The notes: generated by a model not told the origin, from the sequence alone. 42,322 nt of DNA from Nanobdellota archaeon (GCA_043805315.1 JAZDID010000098.1:1-42322); one strand, 5' to 3'; shown: positions 22,483 through 30,838, numbered from the stretch's first letter. Translations and numbers: made by a program.

Positions 22483-23853
22483 ATGGGATTTTTCGACAAC
22501 CTCCTCCTCAATCTTCCAGAAGTCGCGCCGCCAAAGCAGAAACGGCTGGCGTTCAAGGAAAAGCTGAAATGGACACTCATCGTCCTCATCCTCTTCTATA
22601 TCCTCGGCCTCATAGAGCTGTACGGCTTAGGAGATGCACCTTTACGGCAATTTGAGTTTCTCTCTGTCATCCTTGGCGCATCCTTCGGCTCTATCATCTC
22701 ATTGGGTATCGGACCTATCGTCACTGCATCAATAGTCCTGCAGCTCTTGAACGGCTCAGGCCTGATGAAATTCGACCTCACCTCACATGAAGGAAAACAG
22801 CGCTTCCAAGGAATCCAGAAACTGCTCTCGATATTCTTCATCTTTTTCGAGGCGATGATCTATGTGCTCTTCGGCGGCCTTTCGCCAGCAGCAGGAGTTC
22901 CTGCAGGAATCCTTATATTCCAGCTCTTCCTCGGAGGCATGCTCATCCTCTTCATGGACGAAGTCGTGAGCAAATGGGGATTCGGCTCAGGCATAAGCCT
23001 CTTCATTGCAGCAGGAGTTGCCCAGAACATCTTCATCAGGACATTCAGCCCGTTCAAGCTCGGCGGGACATACAGCGCAGGCGCAATCCCTGCATTATTC
23101 CAAGCATTGGCTGCACAGAACCCGACAGAAGCAGGATTGCGGATAGCATCAATAGCAGCAACCATCATCGTCTTCCTTGTCGTCGTCTATGTGCAGGCCA
23201 TGAAAGTCGAGATTCCCCTGAGCTTCGGCCGCATCAGAGGGCACGGCATCAGGTGGCCCCTTAATTTCATCTACACCAGCAATATCCCTGTCATCCTGAT
23301 TGCAGCATTTCTCGCGAACCTGCAGCTCTTTGCCAGCATTCTCTCGCGATGGAACTATCCTCTCGGAAACCCGCAGACAGGCACCGGGATCATCGGCTGG
23401 CTCTCAGCACCCGGAGGACAGAACGGGCTTGTGGGCCTGATCATCAAGAACGGGACATTCATGATCGGCTGGGAACCCTATGCAAAAGGGCTCACCTATC
23501 TCTTATTCTTCCTTGGAGGCAGCATGCTCTTTTCCTGGTTCTGGGTGCAGACTTCAGGATTGGATGCACGAAGCCAAGCCAAGCAGATGATGGCCTCAGG
23601 ACTCCAGATACCCGGGTTCAGGAAAGACCAACGAGTCCTTGAGCGGCTCCTTGAACGCTACATCCTGCCGCTCACCATCATGGGAGGGCTCGCCGTCGGA
23701 TTCCTCGCAGCAATGGCAGACCTCTCCGGCGCATTGACATCCGGCACTGGATTATTGCTGACGGTGATGATCGTGTACAGATTGTATGAAGAGATCGCGC
23801 AACAACACGTGATGGACATGAACCCGATGATGCGCAAGTTCATGGGACGATGA
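22483..23853 (+). CDS. secY: Preprotein translocase subunit SecY
   Basis: 456 aa with ten TM segments, in the canonical position after L15. Motifs include LGIGPIVTASIVLQLL and GISLFIAAG. Confidence 0.95.
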   Translation: MGFFDNLLLNLPEVAPPKQKRLAFKEKLKWTLIVLILFYILGLIELYGLGDAPLRQFEFLSVILGASFGSIISLGIGPIVTASIVLQLLNGSGLMKFDLTSHEGKQRFQGIQKLLSIFFIFFEAMIYVLFGGLSPAAGVPAGILIFQLFLGGMLILFMDEVVSKWGFGSGISLFIAAGVAQNIFIRTFSPFKLGGTYSAGAIPALFQALAAQNPTEAGLRIASIAATIIVFLVVVYVQAMKVEIPLSFGRIRGHGIRWPLNFIYTSNIPVILIAAFLANLQLFASILSRWNYPLGNPQTGTGIIGWLSAPGGQNGLVGLIIKNGTFMIGWEPYAKGLTYLLFFLGGSMLFSWFWVQTSGLDARSQAKQMMASGLQIPGFRKDQRVLERLLERYILPLTIMGGLAVGFLAAMADLSGALTSGTGLLLTVMIVYRLYEEIAQQHVMDMNPMMRKFMGR

Positions 23854-23916
23854 CCTCTTTTAAGACCCTCCTTCTTTTCATTGCATTCTTTTAGTATTGT
23901 GCCAGTACAATAAAAG

Positions 23917-23924
23917 TTTATAAA
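23917..23924 (+). promoter_or_regulatory. TATA box candidate (TTTATAAA followed by CCGC)
   Basis: It lies upstream of the Cys-rich ORF. AAGGGAGGT lies 7 nt before ATG 24004. Confidence 0.4.
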
Positions 23925-24003
23925 CCGCTCCAGACTGATTCTGCAGATGAGAGGTGAAGAGCAGAAAAACTGAAGAATATAAAAAATAAGGGAGGTCATA
24001 GAC

Positions 24004-24354
24004 ATGAGAAAAACGCAAACCATCATACGCATAGGACTTGCGGCTGTTCTTGTCGCAGTATTCGTCTATGCATGGGCATCTGACACAGACGGCGGATTTA
24101 ATCCGTTTGTGAAAGGGACGTGCAGCTATATCCTGCCGAATGGGACAGGAGCGAACCTGACAGACTTCTGCTACAGCGGAGGCAACAGCTGGCTTGGCGA
24201 GTACTACCCTGAAGGTGACGGCCAAAACCAGAGCGACAGATGCATGCTTGCCTCTGTCTACTGCCCAGGATACAACCATGTTGACGGCGGAAACTGCTCG
24301 CACAACTTTAACTGCTTCATGGGAAGATGCAAGGAATTCATTGCTTGTCGATAA
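24004..24354 (+). CDS. Small secreted or membrane-anchored Cys-rich protein
   Basis: 116 aa. The N-terminal hydrophobic signal/anchor is IIRIGLAAVLVAVFVYAWA. The mature part has 8 Cys and four N-x-S/T sequons (NGT, NLT, NQS, NCS). A strong SD lies upstream. Confidence 0.65.
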   Translation: MRKTQTIIRIGLAAVLVAVFVYAWASDTDGGFNPFVKGTCSYILPNGTGANLTDFCYSGGNSWLGEYYPEGDGQNQSDRCMLASVYCPGYNHVDGGNCSHNFNCFMGRCKEFIACR

Positions 24355-24368
24355 GTGAATACGTGTAA

Positions 24369-24422
24369 TTTTTTCTTTCTTTTTTTCTTATTTTTCTTTT
24401 TGTATGAATTTCTTTTTTCTCT
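24369..24422 (+). terminator. 54-nt T/C-rich tract (terminator candidate)
   Basis: TTTTTTCTTTCTTTTTTTCTTATTTTTCTTTTTGTATGAATTTCTTTTTTCTCT follows the stop at 24354. Confidence 0.5.
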
Positions 24423-24441
24423 CTGGGATAAAAATAGAAAA

Positions 24442-24451
24442 TATTTAAAAA
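24442..24451 (+). promoter_or_regulatory. TATA box candidate for the TGase-like/MoxR operon (leaderless spacing)
   Basis: TATTTAAAAA ends about 22 nt before ATG 24474, with no SD-like site between. Confidence 0.4.
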
Positions 24452-24473
24452 CAATCATCCCACAATCTTACAT

Positions 24474-26441
24474 ATGACAAAAAGAATTGGCCCAGGAAAG
24501 ACCGCTCTTTTTACAATCCTGCCTGTGCTTGCATTATTTTTCTCGATACTAGTGTCTGCAGTTGATCAGGAAGAGCAGTATCCTTACGATTTTCTGCCTG
24601 AACGCAACTTCACCTTGAACCTGACAACAGCTAAGGAGGAAGTTTACCAGAAGACAATCATCACGCTCACTAAATTCCTTGCTGCGCAGACCAGGAGCTA
24701 TGACCAGAACACCAAAGGAGACAGTGTTCCACCTGAACAGGAAAACAGCCTGGCCTATGAATATACTGCAACATTGGAACAGGCAGAAGAGCTCTACTGG
24801 TGGATACGCTATCACCCGCCAGAGGAATTGCTTACCAAACCTACATTAGCATGGGTCACTTATCCTATACGGAACATATTCTGGAAAGCAGAGACCTACG
24901 ACGTGTTTGATGGCAGACGATGGTCAAAACGTGGAGAATCGCATGACATCCTGCCGGAGGCTGCAGAATTTGAAACCCTCACAATACTTCATCCCGAATT
25001 TAACCTAGCCAGTGAATTCAACCTTATCCGCCCAGACACCCCTGAATCAAGCATTGACTTCAGAAATTTTAGAAAACCAAAAAAAAGCTTTATCATGTCA
25101 GACAGCTACAGTGATACACGATTGGTGTCTAACAGTGAAAATAATTTTCTCAACTATTCAGTCAAGTATGCTCCGTATAATCCAGAAAGAGAAGTATATT
25201 ACGTTACACCTTATGAATCAGAGGTGATGAGGCAGAACACTCTTGTTCCTCCTGGTATCCTCCAAGAGCTCTCCTCTCTTGCTTTGGAGCTCAAGAATCC
25301 CTCATTGCCTTTACCCGTCCAGCTGAAAAAAAATGCAGAGTTTGTCAGGAACTATCTCACCTACGATCCTGCATGGTTTGCAGGCATAGGCCTGCGCAAT
25401 GATTCTGGAAATATCCTCGAGTATATCCTGACAAATAGAAAGGGCACCAGCCCCCATTACACCACCTTATTTATCCTCATCTCCAGGATACAAGGCATTC
25501 CTGCACGGTTCGCCTCAGGCTATGTCAGCGGGGTCGCATTCGAGAACAAAAGCTATGTCTATGATTCCTTCAGCTATACGTGGCCAGAAATCTATGAGCA
25601 GGGCAAAGGATGGATTCCGTACGATTTGGCACCGTTCAAAGAGCAAGATAAGAAAATAAGAAAATTGGCTGGTATGAACAGCTCTGAACCTATCACGAGC
25701 TATCCTGATGATTCAACACTCCAGCACCTGCTTCTCAAACACCTTGCAGCATGGTACGCGAGGAATTGGACAACTGAGGAACAAAACAAAACTCCCGAGC
25801 AATCGCAAGAACCACCCGGGATAACAGAACAAGAGCAGACAAGTGATTCCCCTGAACCGCATGACCTAGACTTCACAGAAACAATAGATATCGAGGCCGG
25901 CATGCAGCTTGCTAAGAAATCTCCTGTAAACTGCGATGAGCTCGAAGACACGGCTGAGAATCAGGAACTCCTTAAAAAGTGCGGGAAAGAAACCATCACA
26001 GCCCACGTCACACAAAGCACACACACTGTCGTGTATGCCCTCTTTCTTTTCATTGGCACAGGCGGCCTCCTCTTCTTTTACCTGCTGCATAAGAAGAAAA
26101 AAAAGAAAAGGAATGCTTTAGAGCAGATTAAGAAGGAAGAGGTCATGAGCATTATGAAAGAGATGCTGCTTTTAGGAGAACAAAAAGAGTATGCGCAAGC
26201 GATTATTCAGGGATATAATACTGTCTGCAACCACCTCGCAGAGCAATTCCGGCTTGTTATGGAGCCGGGCACCACAGCCAGAGAGTTCATTCAAAAAATG
26301 CCTACGAATGCCGGACTGGAAAGCCTGTCTGTTCTTGTCTTCATCTTTGAAAAGTACGCATATGGATTTGAGACGGACAAGAAGGACTACGATGTTTTCA
26401 TGAACATCCTCCAGTCCTATGCACAGAGGGATGCCGGATGA
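24474..26441 (+). CDS. Transglutaminase-like domain protein with C-terminal TM + DUF4129-like domain; catalytic Cys and His substituted
   Basis: 655 aa. The TGase core is RKGTSPHYTTLFILISRIQGIPARFASGY ... SYTWPEIYEQGKGWIPYDL. A TM segment (VVYALFLFIGTGGLLFFYLL) follows, then the DUF4129-like TAREFIQKMP ... FEKYAYG. Confidence 0.8.
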   Translation: MTKRIGPGKTALFTILPVLALFFSILVSAVDQEEQYPYDFLPERNFTLNLTTAKEEVYQKTIITLTKFLAAQTRSYDQNTKGDSVPPEQENSLAYEYTATLEQAEELYWWIRYHPPEELLTKPTLAWVTYPIRNIFWKAETYDVFDGRRWSKRGESHDILPEAAEFETLTILHPEFNLASEFNLIRPDTPESSIDFRNFRKPKKSFIMSDSYSDTRLVSNSENNFLNYSVKYAPYNPEREVYYVTPYESEVMRQNTLVPPGILQELSSLALELKNPSLPLPVQLKKNAEFVRNYLTYDPAWFAGIGLRNDSGNILEYILTNRKGTSPHYTTLFILISRIQGIPARFASGYVSGVAFENKSYVYDSFSYTWPEIYEQGKGWIPYDLAPFKEQDKKIRKLAGMNSSEPITSYPDDSTLQHLLLKHLAAWYARNWTTEEQNKTPEQSQEPPGITEQEQTSDSPEPHDLDFTETIDIEAGMQLAKKSPVNCDELEDTAENQELLKKCGKETITAHVTQSTHTVVYALFLFIGTGGLLFFYLLHKKKKKKRNALEQIKKEEVMSIMKEMLLLGEQKEYAQAIIQGYNTVCNHLAEQFRLVMEPGTTAREFIQKMPTNAGLESLSVLVFIFEKYAYGFETDKKDYDVFMNILQSYAQRDAG

Positions 26442-27703
26442 AAGAAATAGCATATACACTCTATGCATTCACGGTCATATGCCTCTTTGTCATCACTGTA
26501 TTTCTCGTCCTGATGAGCTCGACTATCAGCGGCATGGTGCGGTTCAACCAAGAAGAGTGGGGATCCTACACTCAACTCAAGAAAGCCATTGCAGAAGAAG
26601 GGTATACTATAAAAATTCTCGTCTTTAATTTCAACAACATCCAAGCCGTCAGGAATGACTCGATCATCCTTATATTCTCTCCGCTCAAACCATATGATGT
26701 GCACGAGATAGACCTGCTGAAAGAGAAAGTTTCTGCCGGCTCCACGCTCATCATTCAAGACCGCTCTATTAACACATATTATCTCCTTAAGGCATTCAAC
26801 ATAACCAGGGGACTACACACGTTATACGAATTCGAGAGCTATCGCAAAAGGCAGGACCTTCCTATAGAACAATTTCATTATGCAGGCATTTCCGGAAATC
26901 TCTCATTTCGCCAGCCACAACCCCTTATCGAAATCCCTCGCTCTGCAGAAGTCATCAGCATGAGCTCGCCACAGAGCTATATGGACATTGATGACAATGA
27001 AATCCTCGATGACCAGGATGGGAAAGGGCCCTTTCCTCTCATCATCTCATTAGTCCATGAAAAAGGGACAGTGGTGGTCATCTCAGACAGTCATCTTCTC
27101 ACCAATGACCTCCTGAATAGAACTGAGAACAGAGGGCTCTTTGAATCCTTGTTACGCACTCTTGGAAATCCAGAAAAGAACCACGTTATCATCGACGAGT
27201 CCCATTCAGGAAAAAGCAATTTCTTCATCCCCACGATCAACCTCTTCATCATGCTTCTCAAGAACGAGTGGCTGGTCATCCTTTTTTCCCTCTGCTTTGC
27301 ATTGCTTTTCCTGGCTCAAAAGATCGCCGATGCCATCCATGAACAGAAGAAAAGGGTCAAGAGGGACCGTCCAGAAAATAGGTTCAGCGAGCTTGTGCAC
27401 AAGACCAAACGAGAGGCAGTATTAAGCATGAATATGAACACTTGGCTGGTTGTGCATATGGGGGATGAGCTGATGCGCCAGATGAAAAAAAGGCTTAACA
27501 GAAAAGATGACACGTCTGCTCCTGAAATACTGGCAGATGAGTTCTGCTCATATTTTCCTGTAGTAAATCCAATAGATTTAAAAAGAATAATCACCCGCAT
27601 CCAAGAGGTAAAAAACAAGAAAAACGCTGTCAGGAGCTTTGAGGAAGCAAAGAAGATTTGTGACAGTATCGAAGACCTCCTTCATAAAATCCAGTCCCTT
27701 TAA
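26438..27703 (+). CDS. DUF4350-like membrane protein
   Basis: 421 aa. It has an ATGA overlap with the upstream gene. An N-terminal TM segment is followed by an extracytoplasmic domain (GSTLIIQDRS, GTVVVISDSHLLTNDLLNRTENRGLFESLL), a second TM segment and a cytoplasmic tail. Confidence 0.65.
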   Translation: MKEIAYTLYAFTVICLFVITVFLVLMSSTISGMVRFNQEEWGSYTQLKKAIAEEGYTIKILVFNFNNIQAVRNDSIILIFSPLKPYDVHEIDLLKEKVSAGSTLIIQDRSINTYYLLKAFNITRGLHTLYEFESYRKRQDLPIEQFHYAGISGNLSFRQPQPLIEIPRSAEVISMSSPQSYMDIDDNEILDDQDGKGPFPLIISLVHEKGTVVVISDSHLLTNDLLNRTENRGLFESLLRTLGNPEKNHVIIDESHSGKSNFFIPTINLFIMLLKNEWLVILFSLCFALLFLAQKIADAIHEQKKRVKRDRPENRFSELVHKTKREAVLSMNMNTWLVVHMGDELMRQMKKRLNRKDDTSAPEILADEFCSYFPVVNPIDLKRIITRIQEVKNKKNAVRSFEEAKKICDSIEDLLHKIQSL

Positions 27704-27743
27704 AATTAGCTCATCCTATATGTGCAAAAAAGAGGTGATGCGC

Positions 27744-28691
27744 ATGAACGTCCCGCAGCTGTTTTCAAAGCTCTCTGCAGAGCTCAGCACAAAGATCATC
27801 GGGAAAACAGACATCATAGAGGAAATATTTATCGCCCTACTCTGCGACGGCCATATCCTTCTCGAAGGAGTCCCAGGCACAGCAAAGACCATCATCGCGA
27901 ACAGCATTTCCAAAAGCATCAATTGCAGCTTCAAGCGGATCCAATTCACGCCAGACCTTCTTCCCTCAGACATCCTGGGGACGTTCGTCTTCAGCCTCAA
28001 GACCCGGGAGTTCGAGCTCAGGCGTGGACCCATCTTTGCCAACTTCATCCTTGCCGACGAGATTAACAGGGCGCCTCCCAAGACCCAGGCTGCACTACTC
28101 GAATGCATGCAAGAGACACAGGTCACTCTTGAAGGATATACCTACAAGCTCAAAGTCCCATTCATCGTCATCGCAACCCAGAACCCTATTGACATGGAAG
28201 GCACCTACCCTCTCCCAGAAGCGCAATTAGACAGGTTCATGTTCAAGAGCAACCTGACCTACCCTTCACGGGATGAGGAAATACGCCTCTTGGCAATGAA
28301 AAACCTTCCGGACAAAGAGATTAAGAGCGTGATTTCACCAGCAGACATTGAAGCGTTGAAAAAAGAGCTGAGTACGGTTAAGATTGACGAAAGCATATAT
28401 GTCTACATCACAGATATCATCCAAAAAATACGCGGATTGCCTGACATTGAGCTCGGACCAGGGCCACGAGCCTCCATTGCCTTTCTTAAAGGAGCAAAAG
28501 CGTATGCCCTAATGAGCGGAAGGGAGTATGTCATTCCAGATGATGTCAAGCGCCTGGGCTATCCTATCCTGCGCCATAGGATACGGCTTAAGCCAGAAGC
28601 CCAGATAGCAGGAATCACTGTCAGCCAACTCATCTCCAAAGCAGTCAATGAAGTCCCAATACCTAAAGTAATGGACAAGTCGAGAAAATGA
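27744..28691 (+). CDS. moxR: MoxR-family AAA+ ATPase
   Basis: Walker A is LEGVPGTAKT and Walker B is ILADEINRAPPKTQAALLECMQE, with ATQNPIDMEGTYPLPEAQLDRF downstream. GAGGTGA (27732-27738) favours ATG 27744; ATG 27738 is also possible. The track start at 27639 overlaps the upstream gene. Confidence 0.9.
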   Translation: MNVPQLFSKLSAELSTKIIGKTDIIEEIFIALLCDGHILLEGVPGTAKTIIANSISKSINCSFKRIQFTPDLLPSDILGTFVFSLKTREFELRRGPIFANFILADEINRAPPKTQAALLECMQETQVTLEGYTYKLKVPFIVIATQNPIDMEGTYPLPEAQLDRFMFKSNLTYPSRDEEIRLLAMKNLPDKEIKSVISPADIEALKKELSTVKIDESIYVYITDIIQKIRGLPDIELGPGPRASIAFLKGAKAYALMSGREYVIPDDVKRLGYPILRHRIRLKPEAQIAGITVSQLISKAVNEVPIPKVMDKSRK

Positions 28692-29980
28692 ACTCAAGAG
28701 CCCTTGTTCTCATATTCATTTCTCTCTTCTGCATAACATACGGCATTGTCTTTGAACGCATAGAGCTCATGCTCATCGGCATCAGCCTTGCATGCTATCT
28801 GTTCTTCACCTACCTTTTCCTCCGTATCCGGACATCCGGCATAGAGATTGTCTTGAAAAAAGACATGGCAAGAAGCAGCCACGAGAAAGAAGACATCCAC
28901 ATCTTAGTCAATATAGAGGTCAACTCGCCCATGGTTTTCGATGTGACAGATGACGCACCAGAGAAAAACATCATCAAAGGGGAGAACAAGGTCTGCAATG
29001 CAAGAGGAAAGGCAACACTAGATTACACACTCAGGTTTGACAATTACTGCGTCTTCAAGACCGGGCCTGTCAAGATAGCTATCCATGACATGCAGCGGCT
29101 CTTTTACTGGGAAAAGCAGGCCGGAGAGACATATTATGTGCTTGTCTACCCCTCCCTGTTCGAGATTAGCAAGATTAAGTTCAAGATCACTGAAAAGACC
29201 CTCTCTAACCTCCTCGGCACACGTAAGACATCAGAGAAAGGTATGGGAAACGAGTTCATGTCCATCAGAAGATATGAAACAGGGGATGACATCAGGAACA
29301 TTGACTGGAAAGCCACTGCAAAGCTGGACACATTAATGGTGAAAACCTTCGAGATAGAAAGAAAACAGCGGATCTTTCTCTTGCTTGACGTGGGAAAAGA
29401 GATGAACACTGGAGAAAAGGCATCTATGATAGACACTGCCGTGTATTCCATGATCTATCTCAGCCAGCTCATCCTTGAAAGGAAGGACATGCTCGGCATC
29501 GGCCTCTATGCAGACGCAATACAGCTCTTCAGCCAGCAAGTCAACTCTCGAAACCAGCTCATGAATCTTTTTGAGCAGGTCAGCTTCCAGACATTCGATA
29601 AAGAGACAGATCACGAGCGCTGCTTTCACCAGCTGTCAGTATACATAAAAAAAAGATGTGGGCTCATCATTATCTCAAACCTCGTCTCAGAAAAACCTGA
29701 AAAGATATTTCACGCCGTACAATATCTGGCCTCAAAAAGCCATTCTATCCATCTCATCTGCCCCTTCGAGCCCTATTTCTTCCAGAAAGAGGAAAATTCG
29801 CTCTTGGACAAGATATCCTATCTCGTGGCAAAACAGCGCTATGACAAGTCCTATGACGAGCTGTACACCATGTTGAAAAAAATCGGCGTGACCATGCACA
29901 AGACAGGTCCGGACAATATAGGAATGAAGCTGACAGAGATCTATCTGGACATAGTCAAGAGGAATCTTGCAGCGGTCTGA
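28688..29980 (+). CDS. DUF58 (vWA-like) protein
   Basis: 430 aa. It has an ATGA overlap with moxR, two N-terminal TM segments, and the signature IRRYETGDDIRNIDWKATAKLDTLMVKTFEIERKQRIFLLLDVGKEM. Confidence 0.88.
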   Translation: MNSRALVLIFISLFCITYGIVFERIELMLIGISLACYLFFTYLFLRIRTSGIEIVLKKDMARSSHEKEDIHILVNIEVNSPMVFDVTDDAPEKNIIKGENKVCNARGKATLDYTLRFDNYCVFKTGPVKIAIHDMQRLFYWEKQAGETYYVLVYPSLFEISKIKFKITEKTLSNLLGTRKTSEKGMGNEFMSIRRYETGDDIRNIDWKATAKLDTLMVKTFEIERKQRIFLLLDVGKEMNTGEKASMIDTAVYSMIYLSQLILERKDMLGIGLYADAIQLFSQQVNSRNQLMNLFEQVSFQTFDKETDHERCFHQLSVYIKKRCGLIIISNLVSEKPEKIFHAVQYLASKSHSIHLICPFEPYFFQKEENSLLDKISYLVAKQRYDKSYDELYTMLKKIGVTMHKTGPDNIGMKLTEIYLDIVKRNLAAV

Positions 29981-30012
29981 ATAAAAAAGCACATCAGGCG
30001 CAGGATACATGC

Positions 30013-30567
30013 TCACCGTCTATTTTTCTGTTTTGCAGCAAGAGCCTCAGTCAGAATAGTATAGATATCATAGGTGGCCACCACCAGCAAGAGAATGAGC
30101 ACGAACAGAAGGAAAACAATATAGAGCGAGGAGAACTCAAAAAACTCAAGTTCCTGCCTTAGAAAGCCGAAATTAAACATGATGACCAGCAAGGGAGAGG
30201 AGGTCAAGAAGATGGCAAGAAAATTCTTCTGGTGAAACCTAGACAGGCTCATCTGAAACATGACCAGCACCAAGAACCATGAAACCAGAAGAATGCTGAC
30301 GCTAACGAGGTCTGCCTGCTTGAAAAAGACAATGACCTCATAGATATAGAGCATTATGACACCATAGACAAAAACATCAATAAACAGGCTCAACACGAGC
30401 AATATGAACATGGCAAGCAAGAACAGTGGTGCATTAAAAATGATGTACTGTACCATGAGGAACAAGAGTGCCAGGCAAGAGAAGAGAGAAAAACCTATCC
30501 AATCCACCTCAGCAAGGATCTTGCTAATCACGACATTTCCCTTCTTCACAAGATTATGCACTCCCAT
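30013..30567 (-). CDS. Polytopic membrane protein, function unknown
   Basis: I placed the start at ATG 30567 (MGVHNLVKKG), which is preceded by AAGGGGAG. The 46 codons upstream in the track ORF (to 30705) run through the GC-rich hairpin and have an atypical Arg/Cys/Gly composition. The protein has five or six TM segments. Confidence 0.55.
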   Translation of the reverse strand: MGVHNLVKKGNVVISKILAEVDWIGFSLFSCLALLFLMVQYIIFNAPLFLLAMFILLVLSLFIDVFVYGVIMLYIYEVIVFFKQADLVSVSILLVSWFLVLVMFQMSLSRFHQKNFLAIFLTSSPLLVIMFNFGFLRQELEFFEFSSLYIVFLLFVLILLLVVATYDIYTILTEALAAKQKNRR

Positions 30568-30616
30568 GATTACTCCCCTTTCCAGCACCACCCGGTTATT
30601 AAATCTTTCGACAAAG

Positions 30617-30774
30617 CGGTCGCATTGAAAAGATATGCGTCGGCAACGAGCACTGCCTGTGCGGCCGCCATCGTATCCGGTCTCGATAGAAAACCGCGTC
30701 TTCATTGACCGTTGTACCTTGGTTAGGCGGCCAAGGCACAGGCGGTGGTGCTCTTGATGTTTTCAATGCGACCG
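30617..30774. ncRNA. GC-rich 158-nt imperfect long hairpin; candidate structured RNA of unknown class
   Basis: The nested complementary blocks are 30617-30631/30760-30774 (15 bp perfect), 30648-30653/30748-30753, 30655-30662/30736-30743 and 30663-30669/30726-30732. A hand count gives about 56% G+C, far above other intergenic DNA here. TATA-like boxes lie on both sides (30596-30603 and 30798-30806). Confidence 0.35.
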
Positions 30775-30797
30775 ACAACGCACGGCGGTATCATAAA

Positions 30798-30806
30798 TTT
30801 TATAAA
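30798..30806 (+). promoter_or_regulatory. TATA box candidate (TTTTATAAA followed by CACCCCC) for the DUF106 gene
   Basis: It ends 32 nt before ATG 30839. AAGGTAG lies just upstream of the ATG. Confidence 0.45.
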
Positions 30807-30838
30807 CACCCCCTTGTTCTGGCAATTAAGGTAGCACT

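Noticed and set aside
30568-30705. N-terminal 46-codon extension of the minus-strand membrane protein (track ORF 30013-30705).
   Set aside because: The extension lies inside the GC-rich hairpin and encodes an Arg/Cys/Gly-rich sequence unlike the rest. The internal ATG at 30567 has a good SD-like AAGGGGAG.
30617-30774. Interpretation of the GC-rich hairpin as SRP (7S) RNA. It is a rod-like helix, and GGCGGCCAAGGCACAGG resembles the 4.5S GCAGCCAAGGCAGA segment.
   Set aside because: There is no GNAR (GGAA) tetraloop and no helix-8 AGCA/GGAAG signature on either strand. The 56-nt tip is too short to hold helices 6 and 8. I kept it only as an unclassified structured-RNA candidate.
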